Positions 51,374-63,460 are shown, numbered from the stretch's first letter. The stretch: DNA of 64,000 nucleotides from Nitrospirota bacterium (GCA_963818475.1 CAWFSF010000006.1:128001-192000); one strand, 5' to 3'. Numbers and translations: made by a program. Notes: generated by a model not told the origin, from the letters alone.

Positions 51374-53723
51374 ATGAACGAAGCCGAAACCCGAGCCGAA
51401 CATATTGACCCTGCCCTGAAAGCCGCTGGCTGGGGTGTGGTCGATGGCAGCCGCATTCGGCGGGAGTATCCGATCACGCTCGGTCGCATCGAAGGCCACG
51501 GCAAGCGGGGCAAGGCGCTGACTGCTGACTATGTGCTGGAGTATCGCAATACCAAGCTGGCGGTGGTGGAAGCCAAGGCGTGGGACAGGCCGCTGACCGA
51601 GGGCGTGGGGCAGGCAAAGGATTACGCGGGCAAGCTGGCGATTCGTTTTACCTTTGCCACCAACGGGCAAGGTATTTATCAGGTGGATATGTCGCCTGCG
51701 TCCATTCCTCCAAACCCTGGGAAGGCGGAGATTCCCATGCTACCCAACACCCGATGAACTTCTGGAACCGCACCTTTGCCACTCAGAACGCCTGGCGTGA
51801 CCGCTTCGCCAAAGTACCATTCGAGGATCGGGGCGGCTACTTCCAGGGCCGCTACTATCAGGACATTGCCATCGAACGGGTGCTGGAGGCAATCGCCGAC
51901 AACCAACAGCGCATCCTGCTGACACTGGCAACCGGCACGGGCAAGACCTTTATCGCTTTTCAGATAGCCTGGAAACTGTTTCATAGCCGCTGGAACCTGA
52001 CTGACTGGAAGAAAAAAGGCGAGCCCACGCGGAGACCGCGCATCTTGTTCCTGGCTGACCGTAACATTCTGGCTGACCAGGCATATAACGCTTTTTCAGC
52101 CTTTCCTGAAGATGCGCTGGTGCGAATTGCCCCGATGAGATTCAGGCAGAAAGAGCAAGGTACCCGACCAACGGCAGCATCTTCTTCACCATCTTCCAGA
52201 CCTTCATGAGCGGGCCGAACGAGACGCCCTATTTTGGAGAGTACCCGCCTGACTTCTTTGATTTCATTGTTATCGACGAATGCCACCGGGGCGGCGCAAA
52301 TGACGAGAGCAACTGGCGGGACATTCTTACCTACTTCAAACCTGCTGTGCAGCTCGGCCTGACCGCTACGCCCAAACGCAAAGACAATGTTGACACCTAC
52401 GCCTATTTCGGCGATCCGGTTTATATCTACTCGCTCAAGGACGGAATCAACGACGGGTTTCTGACGCCGTTCCGGGTTAAGCAGATTTCCACGACGCTGG
52501 ATGAGTATGTTTATACATCGGACGATCGCGTCATGGAAGGGGAGATAGAATTCGGCAAACGGTACGAGGAACCCGATTTTAACAAGATCATCGAGATCAA
52601 GGAGCGGGAGAAAAAACGGGTCGAGATCTTCCTGTCGCAGATAGACCAGCAGGAGAAGAGTCTGGTCTTTTGCGCGAATCAGGTTCACGCTTTGGCGGTG
52701 CGTGACCTGATCAACCAGATGAAGAACAGCACCGACCCTAACTACTGCCAGCGGGTGACGGCAAACGACGGTTTACTGGGCGAACAGCATCTGCGCGACT
52801 TCCAGGACAACGAGAAAACTATTCCCACAATCCTGACTACATCACAGAAGCTTTCCACAGGGGTAGATGCCCGCAATATCCGCAATATTATTCTGATGAG
52901 ACCGATCAATAGGATCATCGAGTTCAAGCAGATCATCGGACGCGGTACCCGGCTGTACGACGGCAAGGATTACTTCACCATCTACGACTTTGTGAAGGCG
53001 TATCACCATTTCAGCGATCCCGAATGGGATGGCGAACCGATCGAACAAATAAAGCCTATGAAACCCATGGACCCCATGAGTCGCATAGCTCCCATAACGG
53101 CCGAAGAAACAGGGCCTGACTACACTCCAAAGGTGAAAGCGAAGGTGAAACTTGCCGACGGCAAGGAACGCACCATTCAATACATGGTGGCAACAAGCTT
53201 CTGGCATCCTGACGGGACGCCTATGTCGGCGCAGCAGTTCATGGAGGCGCTCTTTGGCAAACTTCCGGAGTTTTTTAAGGACGAAGAAGAGCTGCGCAGG
53301 ATCTGGAGCGTTCCTGATACGCGCAAGGCCTTCCTGGCGAGATTAGCGGAGTCAGGTTTTGGCAAAGAGCAGATGACTGAAATGCAGAAGATCATTGATG
53401 CGGAAAAGAGCGACTTGTTTGACGTGCTTGCCTATGTCGCTTTTGCCTTGCAGCCGGTTACGCGGGAAGAGCGGGCTACCAGGGCTAAGGGAAAGATACT
53501 TACCTCCTTTACGGACAAGCAGCGGGCCTTCCTCGATTTCGTGTTGTCGCAGTATGTGAAGGAGGGCGTGGATGAGCTTGACCAGGAGAAACTGTCGCCG
53601 CTGCTGAAGCTGAGATACCACACTCTTCCGGATGCGACGAAGGTCCTGGGTACGACCGAGCAGATCAGGGGAGTGTTTGTGGGCTTCCAACGGTATTTGT
53701 ATGAGCAGAGCCGCACAGCCTGA
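51374..53723 (+). CDS. hsdR: Type I restriction subunit (EcoAI/EcoEI-like), frameshifted near 51700-51750 and 52140
   Basis: MNEAETR, VEAK, ATGTGKT, DECHRG, TATP, QIIGRGTR, EcoEI-type C-terminus. Confidence 0.9.
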
Positions 53724-53834
53724 TACGAAATGATTTCGAAGCCGTACCCTCCTTGGTGGGCAGCGGCTGACAAGGCCGGTACTTGATGCTTTAGCCCATT
53801 TTCTGGCTCAAGCGAGGTCGAGCCTAGAGAATCT

Positions 53835-53863
53835 ATAGGGTCACCCATTTAAAGGGCACTGTC
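53835..53863 (+). repeat. Intergenic repeat ATAGGGTC(A)CCCATTTAAA..G.CAC.GTC (second copy 55314-55341)
   Basis: Two similar ~28-bp copies flank the 53994-55297 gene pair. Confidence 0.65.
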
Positions 53864-53993
53864 TTCTTGAATTTATTAAATTATGGAGTGTACTTGCACG
53901 AAGAAGACTTGACCCGGACTGTCCATTCTCCAAAAGTACCTGCCGGGGATAACGGCGACAAATTAAAACAGCAATCATAAAGGGGGTAATGCA

Positions 53994-54512
53994 ATGTTGA
54001 AAAGTTTAAGGATTCTTCTCTTGCTCGGGGTATCGTCAATAATTTTCGTAGCCTGCTGGCCGGTCCCGAAAAGCGGACCGACGTCACAGGGCAAGCCGAT
54101 CCCGATCTTCGTGCTGGTCGACCCCGGTATCGAAAAATCGTTCACCGACTACCAGGTGAAGAACCGCAAACAGACCTCGGCATGGATGGAAAAGGACATA
54201 GAAAAAATGCTGAAGAAAGCCGGTTATGCCGGATATGTCATCAACAAGCGGTCCGAATATAAAGCCGCACCGGGCACCTACCTGCTTACCATAAAAATTA
54301 CCGATTACAACCCCGGCGCCAAAGTAGCGCGGATGTACGTAGGGTATGGTGTTGGGGCTGCCTCTATGAAGGTTCATTATGAACTCCATAAAGGTCAGAA
54401 GCAAATCCTGGCTGATGACACGGGAGCCGGCACCGGCGGGGAATGGCAGAAGGCGATCAGAAAAATCGAAGTAACGGCGATCGATGCTGTTTCTGCAAAA
54501 TTAGGCGAATAG
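53994..54512 (+). CDS. Putative lipoprotein (DUF4410-like)
   Basis: Lipobox FVAC; ITDYNPGAKVARMYVGYGVG. Confidence 0.65.
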   Translation: MLKSLRILLLLGVSSIIFVACWPVPKSGPTSQGKPIPIFVLVDPGIEKSFTDYQVKNRKQTSAWMEKDIEKMLKKAGYAGYVINKRSEYKAAPGTYLLTIKITDYNPGAKVARMYVGYGVGAASMKVHYELHKGQKQILADDTGAGTGGEWQKAIRKIEVTAIDAVSAKLGE

Positions 54513-54574
54513 CTTTTTCGCGCCCGGTCTCTCATTGCTGTCTCATTCCGCCGTACATCAGGGAGGGAACTGAA

Positions 54575-55297
54575 ATGCCAGAACCATCCGCTCAGCCAAC
54601 AGTAGGATCACTGTTCGTTGCCGACCATATCCTTGCGCTCGAAACGGTCGGCGCAGTCATCGCCGTTGTCATTCTCGGCTTGAATGCCGGCCAATGGGGC
54701 GAGTTTCCCGTCCGCTACGCCGTGACGGGATCGTTGGGAGGCCTGATGCTGCTCCTTGCCGTCGGCCGCTACCGCCGCTATCGCCGGCTCTATGCACAGG
54801 GCGAGGAAGTGCGGGCGACGGTCGTCGGGATCGCCCGGAGGGTCACCCAGACTTCCACAGACGTCGGTCAGGCGTACGAGCCGACGGTCGAGAACGAACT
54901 GACCTATACGTACGCATACCGGGGGCAGGCGCTCCAGGGGACGCTGGATGTTTGGGGGATCGCCGGCAGCGTCATGGACAGCAGCCTGCTGAAGGAGGGG
55001 GACGAGATCATCCTGCTCGTTGACCCTGACCGGCCGGAGCAGCATATCGTCCGGAACCGGTATCTGCCAAGCGTGAAGAGCCTGCTCGCGTCGTCTCAGC
55101 CCGAAGCCGTGCGGGATGCCACGCGGGCGGAGGAGGCCCGGAACGCGGATGCCGCAGCGGTCCAGGCCTTTGAAAAGAAACAGGCCGAATCCAACATGCT
55201 CTGGTACCACTGGGTGGCGGTGGCCGCGGTCATTGTCCTGCTCATCTGGTACGCCATTGACGATATCATGGTACGTATCATGTCCGCCGGCAAGTAG
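54575..55297 (+). CDS. Membrane protein (DUF3592-like)
   Basis: Two N-terminal TMs, ATVVG...YTYAY...GDEIILLVDPDRPE, C-terminal TM. Confidence 0.65.
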   Translation: MPEPSAQPTVGSLFVADHILALETVGAVIAVVILGLNAGQWGEFPVRYAVTGSLGGLMLLLAVGRYRRYRRLYAQGEEVRATVVGIARRVTQTSTDVGQAYEPTVENELTYTYAYRGQALQGTLDVWGIAGSVMDSSLLKEGDEIILLVDPDRPEQHIVRNRYLPSVKSLLASSQPEAVRDATRAEEARNADAAAVQAFEKKQAESNMLWYHWVAVAAVIVLLIWYAIDDIMVRIMSAGK

Positions 55298-55517
55298 CCG
55301 CGCAGGAAACCTCATAGGGTCCCATTTAAAAGGACACCGTCAAGCAAAAAAGCTATCTTGTGGCGAGAAACAGAAGTTTCTAGTCGAGCTTTTCGTTATC
55401 TTCATCCGTACCATTGCAGCAGTTTCATTCGCCGTGTCCAAATGTTTATACAAGTCTTATGGTTGTTAATCCCGCCAAGGCAGGACTCACGGCGGCTTCT
55501 ATGAAGTCAGGAACCAT

Positions 55518-56252
55518 ATGGAACTAGGCTATCGAATCATACGACCTCAAGACGTTGGCCTGCAGCCCCTTGCATTCGCGCAGATTTCGCTGTGGCGCAC
55601 TGCTGCCTGGGACATTGTAGTTGGTGAGCGGGCGGTAACGGAGGCGATCGAGATCGCTGCTGTGTGCAAAACGCTTGGCATCAGGACCGTGTTCCATCCG
55701 CTCGAATACCCGCTGACGACTATACAGGCTTCTCAAACCATGAATGTTATGCGTCGGCTGGCGGCGGCAAGCGACCTTGGTATTATCGTCCACGACGAGG
55801 GTGGCGCGAGCGGGGAGAGGATCTCGGCTGCTGAAGAAGCGATGTTTAAAAGGAATCTCGCCGAGATAAGCGGCTTGTGTCATGTTTCGATAGAGAACTC
55901 TTTCAACTCCGGCGATATAATCCGGTTCTGGGAACGGTTCGTGGTCCCGGCCCGTGAGAGCGTTTCAATCACTATCGACATCGGTCATCTTGAGTCCGCT
56001 GCTATTGACTCCATTTCGTTCATCCGCACACTGCCTGATCGGCTCATTTCGCGCGTCCACTTCGCGCACGTGCATCACAAGGCAGAGGATCGGTCCGGCA
56101 TCAAGGACCACTTGCCGCTCGTGCCGGGGTGTAGAGAGATCGAGGCGTTGAAAGAACTGATCAGGAGAAGGCCCGATGTCCGGGTGGTCCTCGAACTGGA
56201 CGCAGGAAAGGAAGGGATGGGACAGAGTATTGAGCTGTTGAAGGGTTTTTAG
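55518..56252 (+). CDS. Xylose isomerase-like TIM-barrel protein
   Basis: SIEN, TIDIGH, HVH, DHLP, LE motifs. Confidence 0.7.
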   Translation: MELGYRIIRPQDVGLQPLAFAQISLWRTAAWDIVVGERAVTEAIEIAAVCKTLGIRTVFHPLEYPLTTIQASQTMNVMRRLAAASDLGIIVHDEGGASGERISAAEEAMFKRNLAEISGLCHVSIENSFNSGDIIRFWERFVVPARESVSITIDIGHLESAAIDSISFIRTLPDRLISRVHFAHVHHKAEDRSGIKDHLPLVPGCREIEALKELIRRRPDVRVVLELDAGKEGMGQSIELLKGF

Positions 56253-56503
56253 TAACAGGGAAACATTCGGGACGTGAAGGCCGTAAACCTGAGAGAAATC
56301 CAGCAGCGGGTCAGTCATGAGTTGTTAATAACAAGGCGGCAGCGGCATCCGTAAGCTTCGACGATCGTTTCCAGATTCACCATGACGCCGGCAAGGCGTA
56401 TATGGCGAGAGCGACGGACGGGCGTAAAAATCCCGCCATGAAGCCGGTCGCAGTCTATCATGATGCAGAGCGCAGGAAAGACTCCTGGTACTTTGTGGGG
56501 TGC

Positions 56504-56590
56504 CTAACGGCCGCGCCTCGTCCAATAGAATCCACCACCGCCGAAGATCAAAATCAAAACAATAATTATAAGTATGGTCTCAGTCGACAT
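56504..56590 (-). CDS. 28-aa single-TM small protein (not in ORF track)
   Basis: RBS aaggag; MSTETILIIIVLILIFGGGGFYWTRRGR. Confidence 0.6.
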   Translation of the reverse strand: MSTETILIIIVLILIFGGGGFYWTRRGR

Positions 56591-56696
56591 GGCTTTTCTC
56601 CTTTCTCTTTAGAATGTTTATCAACGCAATCGTATCTACTTTAATTATGGCTCGATTACTTTGAGATTGTGGAACGCACCAGACCTATCGTGTCAG

Positions 56697-56765
56697 GTCT
56701 CTTTTGTTGCATTCATCCCGATTGGCTGCAATACTCGGTTCATGTCCCGTCCGCTTCGCATCGAA
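56697..56765 (+). repeat. 69-bp RAYT promoter + 5' end, copy 1
   Basis: Near-identical to 57768-57836; encodes MSRPLRIE. Confidence 0.85.
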
Positions 56766-56777
56766 ACTGTTAGACTC

Positions 56778-57017
56778 CTAATGAAATTCGAGCGCGAAGA
56801 ACTGGTGAAACGGAAAAAGAGCGGGGACGAACTGGACCGGGAACCAAAGATCACGGTAATCAATGATTATTTTAAAGAACGGATCACGTTCTTTGAAGAA
56901 CAGGTAAAGAGCTTCGGCCCGATCAATTGCGCCCGATACCGGCAAGTTCGATCTCTTATTCCGGGAAACGCTGCGAGAATCCTGGTAATGCAAAAAGCAG
57001 TTGACGGACTGCGGTAA
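56778..57017 (+). pseudogene. C-terminal fragment of a YcgL-like nucleotidyltransferase
   Basis: EELVKRKKSGDELDREPKITVINDYF resembles that family's C-terminus; recognised from memory, not searched. Confidence 0.45.
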
Positions 57018-57063
57018 AATATGTAAAATATGATTATCATATTATGCAGCATGGAGGGGATCT

Positions 57064-57345
57064 ATGACAAAAACGATAACCGCCACAGAGGCTGTTCGGA
57101 AGTTTTCCGAGATACTGAATTCCATAAAATATACGGGAAATGACTACACGATCATGCGGGGAGGCAAGCCGGTTGCGACGATCCGTTCGGCGGAAACCCA
57201 CGCGAAGGCATTGACCCTTGGCGACCTGGCGGGACTAGTGAAGTCGCTTCCCACACTCGGCGACGAAGCGGAACGATTCAAAAAGGACCTTAAGGAAGCC
57301 CGCAAGCATCAGCCCCTTATGCCGGAGAAAGACAAATGGGCATAA
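57064..57345 (+). CDS. Phd/YefM family antitoxin
   Basis: TITATEAVRKFSEIL...IMRGGKPVA; overlaps the PIN toxin. Confidence 0.88.
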   Translation: MTKTITATEAVRKFSEILNSIKYTGNDYTIMRGGKPVATIRSAETHAKALTLGDLAGLVKSLPTLGDEAERFKKDLKEARKHQPLMPEKDKWA

Positions 57346-57740
57346 TATTCGACAGCAGCGTTCTCATTGCCCTTGAGCGCGGTGCTCACGGACTGGAGAA
57401 ACTTGCCGCAGGCAGGGAAAGCGAGCCCTTCGGCATCAGCGTTGTCACTGTTTCCGAGCTTTTGCATGGTGTTCACCGTGCGGATTCTGAAAAAAGGCGT
57501 CTCGCACGGGGGGCGTTCGTCGAAAAGATCATCCAGACCTTTCCGCTCTATCCGTTTGACTTGAGCGCTGCGAGAATATATGCGAAGCTCTGGGCCAATC
57601 TTGCAAAAAAGGGAGTGACTATCGGCGCTCACGACCTAATGATCGCTTCAACGGCTATCGCCCTTGGGTTCTCCGTGGTCACGGCTGACGGTGATTACAG
57701 CAAGATAAAGGAAGTATCCGTCGAAAAGTTCGTCGTGTGA
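57336..57740 (+). CDS. vapC: PIN-domain toxin
   Basis: IFDSSVLI, VSELLHG, IGAHDLMIASTA, VVTAD. Confidence 0.9.
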   Translation: MGIIFDSSVLIALERGAHGLEKLAAGRESEPFGISVVTVSELLHGVHRADSEKRRLARGAFVEKIIQTFPLYPFDLSAARIYAKLWANLAKKGVTIGAHDLMIASTAIALGFSVVTADGDYSKIKEVSVEKFVV

Positions 57741-57812
57741 TCGGAAAATAGGGAGCGAAGAACCTATGTCTCTTTTGTTGCATTCAGCCCGATTCGCTGC
57801 AATACTCGGTTC

Positions 57813-57920
57813 ATGTCCCGTCCGCTTCGTATCGAATACGCCGGTGCTGTCTACCACATCACTTCCCGCGGGAACAAAAAGAAGCCCTTTTTAAAGATGA
57901 CCGGGGAATCGACTCGTTGA
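57813..57920 (+). pseudogene. Truncated RAYT / Y1 HUH transposase
   Basis: MSRPLRIEYAGAVYHITSRGN is the typical RAYT N-terminus; frameshift and stop follow. Confidence 0.8.
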
Positions 57921-58108
57921 TGCGTTTGATGCTTTTTAGCAGTGATTTCGTTGCTGGTTCAGACACGCGGTAAGTTTATTCTTTTGGCTGGCATTTATCA
58001 ACATATTAGGGCCAGGTTTCTATTGTTGGATCGTCTGGCTTTCATGTGGATAGAATAAGCGCCTGTATGATTTATTAAGCAGTATTTGCCCCATTTTTCG
58101 CGTTTTTT

Positions 58109-58275
58109 GTCACCTTTCTTGCATGCCCAAGAAAGGTGACCGAAAGAAGGGCACCCGGCGAAAATCCTTTACGGCATGCTCGGTCGTCCTCGGTACATTT
58201 CGGAAACTCGCCCTTCGGGCTCAGACAGTCCGAAATGTTTAACCCTCGGACTCGGTCGCATGCCTAGATTTTCGC
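58109..58275. repeat. Structured REP-like intergenic element
   Basis: 13-bp stem gtcacctttcttg / caagaaaggtgac, then long stem ggcatgc...catttcgga / tccgaaatg...gcatgcc with inner gcccttcgggc. Confidence 0.55.
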
Positions 58276-58375
58276 ATGGGAAGCTTCTAGTGCAGCGTAT
58301 TTAAACCAACCCCGCATGTCCACGCGGCCCTACACTCGCGGAGTGCAGGTGAGTGAATGCCAATGTTATTTGCGA

Positions 58376-58419
58376 CCATCAAGCATCCGTTGCCCTGAGC
58401 CACAGGGCGCGCCAGTTCT
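58376..58419 (+). repeat. 44-bp direct repeat, right island boundary
   Basis: ccatcaagcatccgttgccctgagccacagggcgcgccagttct; contains the comEC stop. Confidence 0.9.
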
Positions 58420-60924
58420 GCTCCTCCTGACGCCTCCATGAGGCACGATCCTCCAGTTCGATCCGCTGCACCATCCTGGTCCTCCACGATTTTACGATCA
58501 AGCCTCCTTTATCCACGGTCACGGTGAGTGCTCCGTCCGAGTCCGTCCGGAAGAGCCGTGTTCCCGCAGCATCGTAGCGTTCCACGACCTCAGGCGAGGG
58601 GTGGCGGTAGCGGTTCCTGCTGCCGACGGTCACGATGCCGATCGCGGGCCGCGTCCGGGACAGGAAGGGTGCCGAACTCGAACTCTTGCTCCCGTGGTGC
58701 GGGACCTTGATCAGGTCGCACCGGAGGTCCCTGCCGCCCTGCAGCATTTCTTTTTCCGCATCCTCGCCGATATCTCCCGGAAACAAAAAAACCTTCCCCT
58801 CGAGCGCTATCCGTACCACCAGTGACCGGCTGTTCTCGGCTGCATAGGCCTTGCGCTCGCGGGAACGAAAGCCCGGCGCGGGGTGGAGCAGCTGCAGCTC
58901 GATATCGCTGATCGCCACAGGCGGGTCCGCTGCGGATACGGCGCGGCAAGGTATCCCTTTGTCGGATATCAGGCGTTCCAATTCAGCATATCCCGGCAGG
59001 TCCTTGTCCAGACCGGATGTCCAGACCTCGCCCACGTCAAAAGAGCTGACAAGGTATTTAAGGCCGTTCATGTGGTCCGGATGCGGGTGGGACAGGATCA
59101 TGAGATCGATCCTGTGAATGCCCTGGTTCCAGAGATAGGGGGCGACGATGCGCCTGCCGACATCAAAACGGTCGTCATAAGAGCCGCCGCCGTCTATGAG
59201 CATATTTTTCCCGGTAGCAAGCGTGATGAGCGCGCAGTCACCTTGCCCCACATCGGGAAACTGTATTGTTCCGGTCCGGCGCGGCAGGAAAAAAAACGTC
59301 ATAGAAAGGATAAGCAGCAGCCCCGAGACCGCTGCAATCGCTCTGTGGCTTCGCGGCACGCGGGAGGAGCTTGCGAGAGGCTGATACCGATAGCGCAGGA
59401 ACGATCTGACGATCACATATCCGGATCCAAGGAACAGGGCAAAGGCCAGGAGCCTGAACAGGCCCGGCGCAGGGGGATGGAACTGTGCCAGGGGCAGGCG
59501 TGAAAAGAACGTGACCGTGTCGCAAAACCGATCTGCAACGAGCTGGTTCAGCGCCGGCAGGGGCAGCGCATTGGTCAGGAGCGACACGATCCCCGAGAAC
59601 AGGCCGAGCGGCACGATAATAAAGCCCGCCAACGGAACGACGACCATGTTCGATATCACGCCGACGAGCGATACCTGATTGAAGTAGTGCGCAACCAGGG
59701 GGGCCGTTGCAAGGGTGGCGCTGAGTGAGACGAGGACGAGCAGCAGTGCGCTGTTCCGGAACCGGGCGAAGCGGCTCCCGGCAGGCGGCCGCAGTTCGTT
59801 CCAGAGCATCACCACGGAACCGATGGCCAGAACGGAGATGAACGACAGCTGGAACGATATGTCGAAAACGGCCTGTGGGCTTGCGACGAGAATGAACAGG
59901 GCTGCGAGGGCAAGGGAATGGATGAGCGCCTTATCGCGGTCGAGAACGATGGCCGCAAGCGCGGCGGAGAGCATGATGAGCGAACGGATCGTTGCGACCT
60001 GCCCCCCGGCAAGGAGCGTATAAAAGATCAGGAACGGAAGGGTGAGCCAGGCCGCTATCTTTTTCGGGTCTGCCCTGAGGGTCAGGCGGTGATAGTGCCG
60101 CTCCGGCAGAAGCCGCAGCATGATCCGCATCAGTCCGAAACAGAAAATGGCGACCATGCCGAGGTGGGAGCCGGATATGGAAATGATATGGGTGACGCCG
60201 GCGGCCATAAAGCTCTCGCGCATGTCGTCCGTAAGCCCGCCCTCTTCTCCGAGCGTCATGGCCTGCAGGATCGCCGATCCCGGGCCTGTTGTTGAAGCAA
60301 GGAAGGCCAGACGGATGCGCTCCCGCCAATTCTGTATCTGTCTGAACAGCCCTGTTCCGCGCTGCAGGATATCGATATCGCGTTCCTGTTTCAGGCTCAC
60401 GGTGCGCCGGATTCCCTGCGCCTGAAGGTATGCCGCATAATCGAAGCCCGCAGGATTGCCGGATCCTCCGGTTCGAAAAAACGGCCTGAGAATCGAATGA
60501 CATCGCCATAGCCGATGCCGGTCACTGCTGAGCGAACGCTCATCCGTATCGCACCGGACACCGGCGTGCTGTCGATCCGGTGCAGTTCCACGACAAAGCC
60601 GGTCCTGTCCGGGTCGCGCTCCAGTGCGGACGCGATCGTTCCGGTCATCTCATGCTTAACCGTGGTGTCCGGGAATTCCCGCATATAGTGGTCCGGCGGT
60701 ATCCATGCTGCAGAGTAAAGATAGGCGGCCATACCCAGAGTGCAGGGGACGGCAAGGAGCAGGAAGCGGCGGAGGGACAGCAGGCCGGAGCGTAGGCAGA
60801 ATCCCGCCGTCAACAAGGACAGCACGATGAGCGCGCTTACGACAGCGGGAGCATACAGGAAAAAGTTTCCGGACAGAAGGCCGGCGACATAGGCAAGGGT
60901 GAGCGTAATGAGGGGCTTTTGCAT
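58379..60924 (-). CDS. comEC: Competence protein ComEC/Rec2, frameshifted near 60460
   Basis: DUF4131 N-terminus, THIISISGSHLG, DVGQGD, SHPHPDH, KVPHHGS, YRHP. Confidence 0.92.
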
Positions 60925-61005
60925 GGACGGCCGCTCCGTTCGTCACGGCAAAGCACGATTGGATCAGATGGCGCCTGTTCCTGCGCGATAAACTGAAAAG
61001 AGTAT

Positions 61006-61377
61006 TTGGACGCAGATACAAGAAGTAGGCGCTTCTAAGCGAAATCTGATGAACGCGAATAACGACAGACAAAAAAAGATTAAAAACTTTTCTGATAATA
61101 AAAAGGCTCACCCTTGAGGTGAAGGTTCTTTCCAGCTGAATGCGAGGTTTTATCTACGAAAATCGGTATCGCTTAGAAGCGCCTACTTTTGACGGTCTCG
61201 TAAGAAGTCTCCTCTGCCGTCATTGCGAGGAGCGCCTTTAGCCCCGGGCATGATCCGGGGGACGCGGCAATCTCGTTTTTTCAGGCGGTTACAAACTGCG
61301 AGATTGCTTCGCTTTGCTCGCAAAGACGGCTTAAAGGACTTTTTACGAACACATCACTTTTGGTCATCTGCGTCCAA
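61006..61377. repeat. Long inverted-repeat element interrupted by a nested MITE
   Basis: ttggacgcagat / atctgcgtccaa; perfect 20-bp IR 61023-61042 / 61169-61188. Confidence 0.75.
61191..61355. mobile_element. 165-bp MITE carrying REP-like hairpins
   Basis: TIR gacggtctcgtaagaagtc / gactttttacgaacacatc; 6-bp TSD actttt; inner gtcattgcgag...gcaatctc / gagattgc...ctcgcaaagac. Confidence 0.75.
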
Positions 61378-61422
61378 CTGTTGTTTTTAGGATGACTATC
61401 GTCACCTGGTGGGTATGCGCGG

Positions 61423-62769
<1,347 letters not shown>

Positions 62770-62773
<4 letters not shown>

Positions 62774-63426
62774 GGTCGCACCCTTTCTATGACTATGCGA
62801 ACGCTGACATCCTTATCAAGCAGCTTGACCGGTTTGCCTGCATAGTCGAGCTTTGGCTCTACGGTGACGGTGCCGGTAGCGCCTTCGATATCGATCGGCA
62901 TGGTCTGAAGCGCGGTCAGCGGTTTTACGACACCTGCCGGCCCCTCGATAACGATCCTCGCGGGCACCGCCACGGTGCTTGCAACGCGGTAGCCCGGGGC
63001 GGGAATGCCGTGGAGCGCCGGGGTGAGCCTGACCGTCTTGCGGAGGATGGGCTCGAGCCTGACCTTGATCTCATAGGGAGACAGGTGGGTCACGGCAATG
63101 CCTGAAGGCCGCGTGATGTCGTCCGGCGAGATGCGGACACTATTTTCGCCGCCCCTGGCCAGTGAGAGGTCAAGTGCCCCGGATACCTCTTTGTCCGTCG
63201 AGATATCCCGGAGCAGGCGTTCCTGGCCCTCCAGGCGCACATCGATATAGCCGGGAACGTCGCCGACAACGGCCATGCCCGCGGGGATGTTCTTTAATTC
63301 CAGCGGGACCGTAAGGGCGATCTCCATCTTCCCTTTGGACGTTATGCTGAACCAGAGGATGAGCGCCAGTCCGAGGGAGGTGAGCTTGATGCCCCAGTTT
63401 TCAAAAAGGATCTTCCGGTAGTCCAT
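62770..63426 (-). CDS. cdaR: YbbR/CdaR-like regulator of diadenylate cyclase
   Basis: [17 protein letters not shown], YbbR-like domains; between cdaA and glmM. Confidence 0.8.
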
Positions 63427-63460
63427 GGTAGGTATTGCTCCGTGATATCGAAAATCGTAC

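Larger units (their letters stand above)
47762..58375. mobile_element. ~10.6-kb defence/cargo genomic island without an integrase
   Basis: Bounded by the 44-bp direct repeats; contains R-M, TA and gene fragments. Confidence 0.75.

Noticed and set aside
53730-58000. Classical integron with attC sites
   Set aside because: No intI, and no paired RYYYAAC...GTTRRRY hairpins found; gcctaac at 56502 is the stop region of the micro-protein
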